Assembly: GCA_043228905.1 (NCBI GenBank)
Contig: JBHGNT010000015.1
Location: 6,696,001-6,760,000, forward strand
Direction: 5' to 3'
DNA length: 64,000 bases
DNA from: Azolla caroliniana
Taxonomy: Eukaryota; Plantae; Polypodiophyta
The notes beneath the pieces were generated by a model that was not told the origin of the DNA, did no database searches, and saw only the letters and a program-made list of their open reading frames with translations. Every line of letters begins with the position of its first letter. The first letter of the stretch is position 1. Below are positions 40,004 through 52,370 of the stretch, piece after piece. The position numbers and the translations under genes were made by a program.

Positions 40004-41211
40004 AAGACTTTAGAATTTGGATGAGGAAATGAAGAGTGACAAATCATGAGAGAATGGGTATACTTATATACCCAATTTTCTTAAGTCGGTGAGTAATAAA
40101 GATACCCCTAGATATGTCTAATTTAGGCAGTTATCCCCTTTTCAGCTATAGGGATTCTTAGATTAGACATTAGGAGCAATACCTTCCCTTTTAGGAAGTC
40201 GGTGAGGAGTAGTTGGTCAACACCTCTCTAAGGTTAATCTCTTGAATACTTCCAAACTAGAAATTCTCCCTTTTTAGTTATGAGAATTTCTAGTCTAGAT
40301 TTTAGAGATAAACATCCCCTTTTAGGAAGTCCGTGGGGATAGTAGGTGACTTCCTTGAGAATCACTGTACTAACCAAACGATGATGATGGTCATCCCAAT
40401 AATGATGATCTCTTCACTCATCATCCCCATATTCATCCTATGCATCTCATACTCATGATCCCCTCTCAAACATTAATTTCTTCTCTTATCTTTCTCCTTC
40501 GTATCGATTAATAAATGTTGATGATCTTATCCATATAATTATATTATCATCCTTATAATAAACTATTTAATCATCCATATAATCCATCCATAAACACATA
40601 TGATCTATGGTTTGTCCATTTATCATTGTGTAATTAACACGTACCCATGGTGATGGATGATTGTGGCCATTCAAATAAACCTTAGGGTTGATGATCAATT
40701 GATTATCAACATTCAACGATCATGACCCTAGTTCTTTCGGCCAATAATAAAATTGATTAACAATGAACATTATCCATATATATGGTGATCATCAATTAAT
40801 TCATCTAAAATTAGATGATCAAGCATCACCTATAGTATAGTAGGTGGCCGACCTCTAGAGATGTGATCTCCACATGTAAGGCCGCCTCATGGGCATGGCC
40901 ATCAGATCAAGAGGGGTATATGAAACATAAAGTATAACTATATTTAATGTGCCTTTATTTTAATAAATATATATTAAATATCTTAACATAAAACAAACAC
41001 ATAATAATAATAACAATAATTTTATAAAACTTTGTTTTTTATTTAAACCCCTTGATTTTATTTTGTGCCTCAGTGGATCAAATTCAAAGCCTTTCTTTTT
41101 AAGGTTATAACAAGAATCTACTAACCAACCCATTACACAAACCTTGTTACAATAAGGTCTATGTCAAAACCTTAATATATTTATTATACATAAACCCCTA
41201 CAATAAATCGC

Positions 41212-41983
41212 GGTCGTGCCTTCCAGTGCTAGATCGTTGCATGAGTCGGGTGGGAACTGCTGAGGTTTTGGACTAGGAGGAGAATTTTAAGGCTAATAAG
41301 AATATAAATAGATTATAAGAAAGAGAGATAAGAATTCGTGAATCCCACGAATATAGTGATCTAGTTTAACTTAATATTTAAAACCATTGTAATAATTTGA
41401 AATTGTTTAGAATAGATTAGAGTAGATTGAGAAAAGAGATCAAAAGTGGTGAATCCCACAAGTATTATATTAATCAATATTTAGAACGTAATCAAAAACC
41501 CAAGAATCAACAACCTTATTACAATTTGCTCCTCCCTTTTATATAGTCATGGGAGACAATAAGTATAGTCTACCATATGGAAAGCATCATGCTTTTTCTA
41601 AAGTGTTCATGCACACCAGATGTGCATGAATAACTTTTTCTATTATGCTTTCCTTCCAATAATAATGTTTATGCAAGTAATATGTGCATGAATAGTTTTC
41701 TCAATCATGCCTTTTCTTTTAAGTAAAGTTTGATGCACTCTACATGTAAAAGTAGCTTTTACTAAAAATATAAGTGAAACTAACCTTTGGGATATCTATT
41801 TGCTTAACACTCATTATGTGTTAGTCTGATGGTAAGGCTTTAATTTATTAAAATGGAGGTGCATGGTTTGAATCTTGCCCTATGCAGGTAACATGTATTC
41901 TTATATTTTTTTCGTTTTCTTCATATTTATTAAATTGAGTACTTTATACGTTTTTCACGTAGTGTACGAAATACACTACGACA
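41212..41983. mobile_element. Probable solo LTR in the chromovirus leader
   Basis: GTCGTG...TACGACA near-inverted ends, TTTTATATAG TATA-like block, A/B-box module; flanks only partly match. Confidence 0.4.
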
Positions 41984-42559
41984 CCGCACATCAACATATC
42001 ACCCCCACACGGAATCTCCATGGCGTTTTCTACACTCCCCCAATCTATCATTAAACATACATTAGTACATTAAAACAATAAATCATATTTTCCCGTACTA
42101 AGGCACACAATGCGAATCCAATCAAACATTATATTTTTAGGATTAAAACCGCTCTTATACCATATATAATAACCAAGATCATTAATCCAAAAATAAAGAC
42201 ATAAATGGCACAATCATACTAAATATACGTGTTACCACCCATCCGCCCCCGCGCCAGAGTCAACAATGCAAACCAGGAATCCCTATCTTTCCCATACTAG
42301 TTAGGATCTCCACGTTAGGACCTTGGTAGATGACTAGTCCACATTAAAGAGAGCTTTGTTAGAAGCACTTATGGGGCTCCCCTTGACTAAGAAGAGTATG
42401 CCCTATTTATAGGACCTAGGCCATGTAATGACATCTACCTGACCAATCATGTGTGGGGTACCCAATGACATACATTAGGTCAGTCCAATAAAGCTTACGA
42501 CTCAGATATTACAATATGATAGCCCCCCAATAAGAACGTCTAAACAAATGAACATTACA

Positions 42560-44121
42560 CTCCGGCTCCACCTGGCAGGCTCGCGCTTCTCGACCCGTCC
42601 AATTTCGCTTTCCACGACCTGTCCAGTCCCGAGCACCTCAACCCTCTCGGTCGGCTTGTCTGCTCATAAGGCCCATCTGAACTCCTTTGCTATTACGACT
42701 TCGGCGCTTCTCGACCCGTCGGTTCGTCTATGTCGATGTCGACTTCTGCGGCATCCTTATCCGTTTGGATTTTAGTTGACTTGGCTTCTCCGAATCGAAC
42801 TCTTCTTCCGAAATGGGTGCATCTGATTCGTTCTAGCTCTTGTTAGAATTGGTTGTCTCCAATTCGTCTTCAACCTCTAGGCCATTCACCATGTCAGACC
42901 ATGTCTAGGTCTTGCCCTTCTCCTTTCGGTCGGCTCTGTCCTTTTCCACTCTACCGTCGTCGTCGCTTGTTCCGGCTTGTTCAGATGTGCCGACTTGTTT
43001 AGTCGACTCGGTTCCCTTTTCTTCTTGTCTCCCCTTGCTACATTTGTTTCCTTCTCACTGGCTACTTGTCCGGTGCCATTTCCTGTTATTTCTCCGGTTT
43101 TCGTTCCGGTTCCGGTTCTCCCCGTATCAATACCACTTCGCCCCCTCAAGTGTGGAATGTTGACATGCTTAAGACCAAGCATCTCCAAAAAGTGATGCAA
43201 CTTGCCGGTTCCAAGGGCCTTGGTGATTGCCAATCCGTCTAGACATACCAAAGTTCTACTTCACCGCTGAGGACCCACACTTCTATGTGCTTCATCCGAG
43301 CATAGAACACAGGGTTCTTGGCTAGCTCATGTTGTCATAGTAGATCGGGATCAAAGTCGGGACTTCGATCTAGAGGCCTTGCAGCAACCGCCGAAGCCAT
43401 ATGGCTTTACATGTGGTTATGGTAGTGTCTAATACTCAACCTCAGTGCTCGAAAGAGAAAACATGAATCCGGAAGTGGAACGTCGATCCGACACATCTCT
43501 GGCCCAATCGACATCTATATACCCAACTACTTTCTTGGTTATATCATGTCGGTAGGCTTTTGCATGAATGAACTTATCATTGCAACCAGATAGCTAATGT
43601 CGGGTCAGGTGATCGTCAAATTAATAAGGTTTCCGACAATTTTTCGAAACCGTTTCTCATCGCAGGCAAGTACGGAGTCAGGACAAAGCTTTAGGTTCTG
43701 ATCCAAGGGTGTGGAGACTGGTTGGCAGTCCATCATGCCGAACATGTACAACATATTTAGCACATAATGTCATTGAGATAACACTATGCCATCGGGGGTG
43801 TGGATCACTTCGATCTCGAGGAAGTAATGAAGTAACGAATGCATCCGAAATTTGGGATTTTACTCGGCCAATTTCAGGAAGTCTAGGTACGATGAAGACT
43901 AGATCATCTACATATAACAAGATGCATACTGGACCGTTCGGAACATTTCGTATGAACAGGGAAGAATCCAACTTTGAGGCCGCAAACCCCATCCTACACA
44001 ACTAGTGCGTGATCTTTGAACTCCAAGCACAAGGGGCTTGCTTCAGGCTAAAACGGGACTTCTTGAGTCGACACAGTGCCGAGTTGTTCGTCTCCGATAG
44101 AAACTTGGGGGGCTAGACCAT
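42560..44121 (-). pseudogene. Copia RT/RNase H remnant with C-terminal extension
   Basis: CILLYVDDL, RRSTSGF, TKALG...HLRGR; truncated at 44121. Confidence 0.85.
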
Positions 44122-44289
44122 CGAATATATCGATGAAGTTCCCTTAAACCACATTTGACAAAAAGGGAAGCTGATGAACGTTTTGCACGTCCCAACAATC
44201 ACGAAGAACTTGGTGTAAGTCAGACAGATTTGTCGACCAGGGAATGCACGTTCAGTTCACACACCTTGGATGTTTCAGAGGAGATAACA

Positions 44290-45002
44290 CTGGCTCCGGG
44301 AGAAGGTAGAAGATGAAGACGTCGTGCTGACAAATATCCACACGAAGGAGAACAGATCGGATATGCGGACCAAGGTGCTTTCAACCGACAAGTTGGACGT
44401 GTGCCGCAAATGGATTGGATTAACGAGAAATCCCATGTCGGAGTGAAGGGGGATTTTGTTGGGAATTCAGTCCCTCCAAATGAGAGCCGGATGACCCGGA
44501 TCCAGAAGTGTTCCGAATGAGACCCGAAAACCAGATTGAGTGAATCCGGATGGATCCGGTTTGCACCGGATCCAAGGACATATATTGTAAATATGTTAGA
44601 GTAAGCCCATTGAGGCTATATTTGTAAATAGCGTAAAAGTCATATAAGTATAAATATTACTTAGGGCAATCACTTTATAGGAGTGGTAGAGAGACCGAGC
44701 GAGTAGCTGCGAGCACTTTCTATTGTAACCGCCACCATCTGGCGAAGATTGCGAGCACGAGGTCGTTGCCTCTGTGTTTTTCCACTTTGTATTTTCCTCT
44801 CATATTATGACAGTTTGGAGACTGTGGGCTCCCGTGGTTTTTCCCGATTAGGGTATTCCACTTAAACATCCTATGTTCTCTATCGTTGTTTTGTGTATAT
44901 GCATCCATCATACCTATTTTCCCATTTCTGTGTTTTGGTTCTTTATAGAATGATTTGAGACTTGGTTGTGGCCGAGCAATACTTCTGCGCTAGTTCTTGA
45001 CA
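44290..45002 (+). mobile_element. Copia pol end, PPT and 3' LTR (44457-45002)
   Basis: IHTKENRSDMRTK...RNPMSE-stop; GAAGGGGGA PPT; LTR of the 54-902 family. Confidence 0.85.
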
Positions 45003-46980
45003 ATATTCTCCAACATGCTAGTGTGTCAGCTAGGATAATGAAATGGGCTCTCCAATTAGTTGAATATGATTTTGAGGTTAAGCTTGAGTCTACCATGCGT
45101 GCGGAGTTGGCGGATTTTCTCACTTTTAGAGAAAACCTTCGTGAGGACGAATTGATAAAGATAAGAGAAGCTCTTCCTGAACCAAATATGGAGGATGCTT
45201 TTACTTTATTCTTTGATAGAGCTTTTCATAAGGCAACACGTTCGGCGGTTGGAGGCCTCGTTATTAGAGACCCTAATGGAGAGACCATGCACACAGAGGG
45301 TATTCTCCTATCCAATGCCAATACCAACAATGAAGCAGAGTAAGTCACTTTGTGCTATGGCCTTCGAATTTGTAAGACAAGAGATATTAGAAGATTGATC
45401 GTAAAAGGTGATTCTCTTTTGGTTATCAAACAAATTCAAGGAGCGTGGAAATGTCAAAGTGATGGTTTGTGTGCGTTTTTTAAGGAGGCACTAACTTTAA
45501 TTAAGTGTTTCCATAAAGTTCAACTAAAACATGTAAGTCGTTTGGACAATAAAGAGTCTGATGCACTTGCTCAAGATCAATTAAAGAAAATGAAACTTGA
45601 GACAATATGTGTTTTGGAAGAGTGTAAAGATGCGACATCTCTTATGGAGGTATGTGAGTTTCTTAATGGTGGTGATTTTCCTAAAGGTTTAAATCCTACA
45701 GAAAGAAAACGATCGATGGTGAGAGCATCCCAATATGTGATGGTGGATAAGGACTTATATCATAAAGGCAAAGATGGTGTTTTACGATGAGTGCCTATTG
45801 AGGAAATTGTGGAGATCTTACAAAAAATGCATGAGGAGGCTTGTGGAGTGCATTTTTCTCATGATATCATGTTGAGAAAAAATTTATTAACAAGATTTAC
45901 ATGGCCTTCTATCCACAAAGATATACATGAATGGTGCAAGTCGTGTGATGTTTGTCAAAAGGCAAGAAGAAAACATCTTCAAGCAGGCCCTTTGCATCCT
46001 ATTGTGGTTTTTGATCCCTTTGAAAAATGGGAAATTGATGCGATGGGTTCCCTTCCAAGAACCCAAAGTGGTAAAGAATTCATATTGGTAGCTATTGATT
46101 ACATGACTAAGTGGGTTGAAGCAACAACGACATCCTCAATTAAAGCAAAGGATGTGGCCCAATTCATCTACCGTAATATTTGTACGATATTCAGTGTATT
46201 GCTAGAGGTTGTATCTAATCACGGTCCAAGTTTTCGTGGTGAAGTGTTGGCTTGCTTATTTGAAAGGTTAAAGATTAAACATAGGTATTCTACTCCTTAT
46301 TATCCTCAACCTAATGGAGCAGTCGAAAAGGTAAATGGTATTTTGGTTAAAAATCTTCAAAAACTTGTAACAAATAGAATAAGAACATGGGATGAGTTCC
46401 TTGATGATGCTCTATGGGCCTATCCGTATATCATATAAGACATCCACTGGTTTTACACCTTTCTTCTTAGTATATGGACAAGAAGCTTTATTTCCGATCG
46501 AACTTCAAGTTAGAAGCAATAGACTCTTAAGAGCATCTCTACGTGATGAGGAATGCTTCATGATGGATAGGTTGTCACAAAACCATATTCTACAATATTC
46601 AAGGGAGGAAGCAGTAGAGCATTATATACAATAGGATCTCTTGTCCTTCACTATGAAAATCGTCAAGAAGTATTATGAAAATGAAGGAGGAAGAAGTATT
46701 ATGATAAAAGGTCAAGAAAAGATACTTTTTCAAAAGGATCTCTTGTCCTTCACTATGAAAATCGTTTTCACAATATAAAAGGATAAAAGATGATAAATCA
46801 TGGGGAAGGACCTTTTGTGATGCACATTTGCTTTGACAATGGAAGTTATCAACTCAAGCACATGAATGGGACTCTTCATGAACTACGTGTAAATGGATGG
46901 CGCCTAAAGAAGTACGTGAATTGGGGACCTACCTACATTTTTATAATGGATAAGGATATTCAAGAAAACCATCATTAGGA
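45003..46980 (+). pseudogene. Tat-like Ty3/gypsy pol remnant: RH end, additional RNase H, integrase
   Basis: RIMKWALQL; LFFD...TNNEAE...GDSLLVIKQI; HEEACGVH...CKSCDVC; AIDYMTKWVE; STPYYPQPNGAVE. Confidence 0.85.
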
Positions 46981-47085
46981 ACAAGAAGTGAATTTGTCCC
47001 CAAGCATATTCCCCAACTAATTCATGATCTTCCTTTATTTGGCAATAAGGAAGATTATAATATCATTACCATGTTTTAAATTTTT

Positions 47086-47946
47086 GTAGGAGTGTGAGTT
47101 TTTTTTCCCACCGCTCAACAGGGTTTTTTTCCCACAATAATTTGTTACATTTTTAGTATTTATACTAATTTGTCTATAGCCTACCATAAGGCGAAGGAGT
47201 TTTTTCATTTTCATTTTTTTAGGCTCACCATAAATGGTTCATTCAACAAGCAAGCACGGGGGCTAAATGTGAAGTCAATATCTGCTCGTAAGAAAAGACG
47301 ATGGCAAATACATCGGATGCAAAGGTGTATAAGAATAAAGGACAATATGAAAATTTCAAGAGTTAAAAGACGAATGAAATTGAAGGGATAGGAAGTTACA
47401 GGCGTTTTCCAAAAGTAGAAAAAGCACGAAAAAAGAACAAAGAAAAAAACGCATAAAAAAGGTAGAAAAAGCTCATAACTTCTTCATCTCATATCCAAAT
47501 TTCAAAAGAAAAGATTTGTAAGAAAGCTGACAAAGAGATCTTGCTTTCTTGTATGACAAATTTGGATCACAAACCAGAAATAATGATATGAAAAACACAA
47601 CACACAAACTCGAGGATATGTAGAAAGAAAAGAAAAGAAAAAAGCAAGAATAACGCAACTAAAAACCTATAAATACGAGGGTATGAATTGGGAGACAAGG
47701 GGAGGAATAGAATATCTACAAGAAGAAAGTGATGAAGAATAAGAAGATTAGAAGAAGTGAGAAGAAGATTAGTTGAAGAAAGAGAGAAGAAGGAAAGGCT
47801 ATTTTGCTTATTACTATATTGAAGTAGTTATTTGGGGTTGTTACTTTTGGAGTCTAAGAGGATTGTATTGTTTTCCTAATAGTATATTGAAGTATTATTT
47901 TCTTTTCCTCTTCACGTCTCTATCTTTTTTCTTTCTCTCATCATCA
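47086..47946 (+). mobile_element. Probable 3' LTR region of the Tat-like element
   Basis: Follows integrase; CTATAAATA at ~47667, AG-rich then T-rich U5-like tract ending TCATCA; no partner LTR in the window. Confidence 0.4.
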
Positions 47947-47949
47947 CAT

Positions 47950-48190
47950 TGCATCAAGATCTTGTTGCAAGAGAGATTCAACGAGAACTCGATGCAGTGC
48001 ATCGAGTTCTCGTTGAATCTCTCCTTCAACCAGATCTCGGTACAGTGCATCGAGTTCTCCCTCGTTCAACGAGAACTCGATGCACTGCATCAAGTTCTCA
48101 TTGAATCTCTCATTCAACGAGATCTCGATGCAGTGGATCGAGTTCTCCCTCGTTCAATAGGAACTCGATGCACTGCATCGAGTTCTCAGT
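47950..48190. repeat. Array of ~5 palindromes (GAGAACTCGATGCA-n-TGCATCGAGTTCTC)
   Basis: Perfect 26-bp arms at 47971-47996 and 47998-48023, followed by degenerate copies. Confidence 0.9.
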
Positions 48191-48540
48191 ACAAAAAATG
48201 AACAAAAATAAAATGGAATCTTTTGGGAATCTTTAGAAAATCTTAAAAAATAGTTAAAAGAAGATACAGGTCTGGCAATTTTCTTTCCCTTGTTCATGTT
48301 GCTAATGTCGACTCGAGTTGACCGGGGAGGTGAATATGGAAGGTTTGGGATACTCTGTGCTCCTGTGCTCTTTTACTTCTTGAATGTGATAATGACAATG
48401 AGAAGAGGTCTTTCTTTTATATAACTTTTTTTAATAATTGTTTTCTTTTATATTTAATAAATTTGTTTTAAACTTGACTTATTATAGAAGAAAATTTGAC
48501 CTATTTTTGACTCAGTTTAGCTTAGTTAGCCTTAGTCGAG

Positions 48541-51285
48541 ATGTCCTCAACCTTGAGTAAAAAATCTCTTTTCTCCATTGAGCCTTTTAAATTATCTGAT
48601 AACTCCTTATTCTCTATTGAGGAATATAACCATATAAATAATAAATGGTGCCATGTAGAGTTCAACGATGATGTTGGGCAAAGTTTGAATTCACTTTTTT
48701 TTATCAAGCCTTTTAACTTAGGTAGACTACGAAATAGTAAAGTAGTTACAAATCACATTGAGGATTCTTGTTTATGTAATGTTGACGAGGATTGTGTCAA
48801 TAAGCCTCTAAAGTTTTGAAGAGTTCCTTGACAAGTGAGTGTTAAAAGATATAATTTTTTGTGTTCGCATCGCCAAATTGCATTTGATATATGCAAGCCA
48901 TGTTGTTGGAATCATTGTCTTTCAAAGTTTGAAAAGACAAACATGAGGGGGTTGCGACAGAATTATTTGTCACTTAATGATGACGAACAAGATACTTTCT
49001 TGATTTCACATATGTAACTTGTTAAGGACCATACAACAGTCTTAAGTTCTCTACATGTGGAATATTACCTTTCACTTAGTATGAAGAGTTGTTGAGTAGG
49101 TTTCAAGATTGCTTATAGCATTGGTAACATGAGGCTCCAGAGAATCCAACATCGATTAGTAAAGGGCTCGTGGGTACCTTTCAACAATCCACAATCTGCA
49201 TGTAGGGGTCTGATTGGACGACATGCTGTTAGATGGATCGAGATATATTTCTCGAAGCAATGTGATGTTATGCCCACCACTGGAAGATTACATTTGTCAG
49301 ATAGCTTCACTCGTCGTGAGGTATACCAAGTGTATAAGGATGACATGTTATTAGAAAGTGTACCTTACATACAATATCAACATTTTAATCGATTATGGCG
49401 ATCAAAGTTTAAGAACGTGGACATACCGCGCAAGGTCTGGATGAGTGTTTGCTCTGTATGTGCAAGTTTAAAAAGCATGGAAAAGAGTGGGACAACAGAT
49501 GAGGAAATAAACAATTATAAGAATTTATTAAAAGAACATCAAGAAAGTCAAGTGTTGGAAAGATCTAAAGCTATGCACCATCGTCAAAAATCACCTCAAT
49601 CATCGGAAAGTTACATGTGCTTGATTACAGATGGGATGGATATGAAGAAAACTTGTTTGCCATGCTTTTGAAAGTTGCCCAAGGATATTGGAGATGAATG
49701 CCTAGTGCAGATGCACTTAGTATGTTGTCTTCTATATATTGTCGGACAATAAGGGCTCAAGTGTTCCTAACTTATCCAAATATCCACAACGAGCCTAATC
49801 TTACAATACAATGATGCAAAGAGTTTTGCAGACTTGGCAAGGTTTACTCCCGTCAGTACTATACGTGCAACTAGACAACATGGAGAGAGAAAACAACAAC
49901 TCGACTGTGTTTGGTTATTTAAGCATGTTAGTAGACAGGGGAATTTTCAAAAAAAATTACGGTCAACTTCTTACTACTTGGTCACACACATGATCACATA
50001 GATCAAATGTTTAATAGGTCCTCCAAAAAATTAGCGAGATGTGATGCTTTCACACTTCCTATGTTGTCAAAGTTTATCACTTAAGCTTATACCCCAAATC
50101 CAAATGTACAACATTTAGATGAAGTTTATGATTTTAAATGTTTCTGTGTGGATGGTGATGAGACTCGATGTAGGGTTCTTGCTAAGCTTAGTAATATAAG
50201 TTTTAACCACATCTTCCTCATCCAAAAAAGCATGGTCGGTCACAACCAGACGATGTTGTATGCCAAGCAATACTCATCTACTTCGCAATGGTAGCCAGAA
50301 GACGGATGTAGGCTCTTATTCCATTTCCCCAGATGCAATAATCTATGGTGCAGAACAAATGCCCTATGACGACCACAAAAGACTGGCTACTAGTAGTTCA
50401 ATTGAACCGCAAAAGATATATTGGATGTGGTGCCTTGAGGGAAAACACAAAAATATTGAGAGAACCAAAAAGTACGTTGGTGATCAGGATCTGGAATAGT
50501 GGGATAACTTCTTTAATCATCAACGCGCGATATTAGATAACTACTTTGCGGGAGTATGGCCACTACAAAATCAATTCCAATGGAATATTGGTGGCCCATC
50601 AATGGCGAGCACGACTCATTTACAACCACTGGATAATCTTGAATTGAATAATCTAGTTCGTCCACGACAAAGAGATATTTACGTGGGACCAAGATTATCG
50701 CATGATGCTGAGGCGAGATGGCAGGGCAATCTACACGAGCTGCAAGTTGGTATGCTTGTTGCAACATTAACTAGGGGTGATAAGTTCGGCCATCCCTTTT
50801 AGATTGCTAAAATCATTGAAATTATTAAGGATGATGGAGGCAATCAAGTTCAATCCATTGTGGTTCATTGGTATCATACCTCTTCCAAAGATGCATTTAC
50901 TAGGAAGTACTCATTAGAGATGGTTACGGATGTCAAAGGCACAAGCAGAAAGCAAAGAAGAAGAACCTACCAAGCACGTCTACTCTAGCACTTGATAATG
51001 TTGACATACTCTTGTATGACTTCTCCTTGATCAAAACAGGCCATCTAAGACAGACTATAATCAAGATAATAAAAGAGAAAATCCCAGATGTGCTTGTTGA
51101 TGCAACACAGAGACGAACAAGGAGTACGTCTCATAGTCAATGGTGACGTTGGATTGCAATTGGATGAAGACAATGCATTGGTTGCTAGTGATGATGAGGA
51201 CGAGACCTCACAAAGCTCTTCTAGTTCATCGGGTGGATTTGAAGGGGAAGGCGTATCTCTGGGAAGTGATGGATCTCACATATGA
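48541..51285 (+). pseudogene. Sola-like DDD transposase, degenerate
   Basis: CC..C N-terminus; DVMP...LHL; FNRLW...VCSVC; DGMD (49630), LYVQLDN..RENNN (49874), FLLLGHTHDHIDQMF (49980); multiple stops and frameshifts; ends ~260 bp before the right TIR. Confidence 0.8.
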
Positions 51286-51541
51286 AATGTAAATATTGTA
51301 TGTTACATCAATATGGCGATTCACAAATATGTATAAATATAGGTGTTAGTCAATTTGTAGTTTTTGTACGGTCTCTTGTAAATTTGACGTGTCAATTATT
51401 GAGGCATTTTTTGAAAGCCCTAAATTTTTGGACATGGTATAAATCAATATATTTTTATTCAATTCCCAAAAACATTTACGCATGCAATGGTCCTTTTTGT
51501 GAAATGACCTACTTTGTGGCTTTTTTGGATGGACTGTTCTT

Positions 51542-51581
51542 AAATTGCAACATATTACCTATTTCAAATGACCCAGTGTTT
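51542..51581 (-). repeat. Right terminal inverted repeat
   Basis: Reverse complement AAACACTGGGTCATTTGAAATAGGTAATATGTTGCAATTT. Confidence 0.85.
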
Positions 51582-51585
51582 TCTA

Positions 51586-52370
51586 CATTTCTTGAGCCGC
51601 GAGAAGTTGACATGGCCAAACCACTTGTGCTATAGGTTGATGTCCGACTCGACCTTTTTCCCTTTTGCAAACATCGTGGTTTCGACATCATTCGTTTCGA
51701 GGATGAACATCCTCCCTTCTCAGCACCCTTGTGCGATGACTTTGCCATCTTCTTCAATGAAACATCTAAGGTGTGTGAACCGAACGTGCATTCCCTGGTC
51801 GACAAATCTATCTGACCGACACCAGGTTCTTTGTAATTGTTGGGACGTGCAAAATGTTCATCCGCTCCCCTTTTTGTCTAATGTGGTTTAAGGGAACTTC
51901 ACTGATATATTCGATGGTATGTGGGGTGTGGGGTGTGGGGTGTTGTCACCGGTTTCGATGACCCCCGGTTGTTCCGGTTTCTCTAAATACGAGATCAACT
52001 CCTCGTGGCTCGTCATATGGTTTGACGCTCTGGAATCAATATACCATACCTCATTCGTATTCAAGATGCTTTTCTTCATCGAATTAGTCTTGTGCTTCAT
52101 CACAAAGGATGGGCCCGATCGATTTTTGGCTCCTCTTGAGCCTTCGGCAGAGTGCGATCTTTGATGCTTGTCGGCGTCACCCTTGCTCAATCCAGGTTTG
52201 TCCGAATTTGAGCGCTTCTTCTAGCACTCGCTCTCTCTATGGCCCTTTCGGCCACAATACCAGCATTCCATTTCATCCTTTGCTTGGTAGTTTTCGGCGC
52301 CGCTTGGAGTCCCCCTGTTTCTGGAGGGTCTGGAATTGTTGTTGGTCGGGAAGATGGCGAGTGCCTATGA
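51586..52370 (-). pseudogene. 5' part of the copia split by the DNA transposon (zinc knuckle, protease, GAG-pre-integrase)
   Basis: ECWYCGRKGH, WYIDSRASNH, KVESDINL*HKWFGHVN. Confidence 0.88.

Larger units (their letters stand above)
29534..42559 (-). mobile_element. Ty3/gypsy chromovirus with LTRs 29534-29913 and 42165-42559
   Basis: TSD CTTCG/CTCCG; PBS TGGTATAAGAGCGG at 42149-42162; PPT at 29916-29927; gag CNFCNKHGH, protease LFDCGS, RNase H VETDASD, integrase VVVDRLTK, chromodomain PEKIIDHR...YKVKWK. Confidence 0.9.
9443..51581. mobile_element. Cut-and-paste DNA transposon (Sola-like) carrying transposase and DNA methyltransferase genes, inflated to 42 kb by nested retroelements
   Basis: Inverted termini 9445-9480 and 51542-51577 (32/36 identical, 21-bp perfect core CATTTGAAATAGGTAATATGT); TCTA TSD at 9439-9442 and 51582-51585; removing the insert rejoins the copia GAG-pre-integrase sequence (GHVNFSRL..EM*TKNIVFRLPKF). 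Confidence 0.85.

Noticed and set aside
40004-41200. AT-rich region with short repeats, a possible extra solo LTR
   Set aside because: Could not define termini or a TSD; left as chromovirus leader
45190-45580. Host RNase H gene
   Set aside because: Lies in frame between gypsy RH and integrase; the known additional RNase H of Tat elements
51570-51585. CACTA classification from the CACTG near the right end
   Set aside because: The left end lacks CACT, the TSD reads as 4 bp, and the transposase motifs are not TnpD-like
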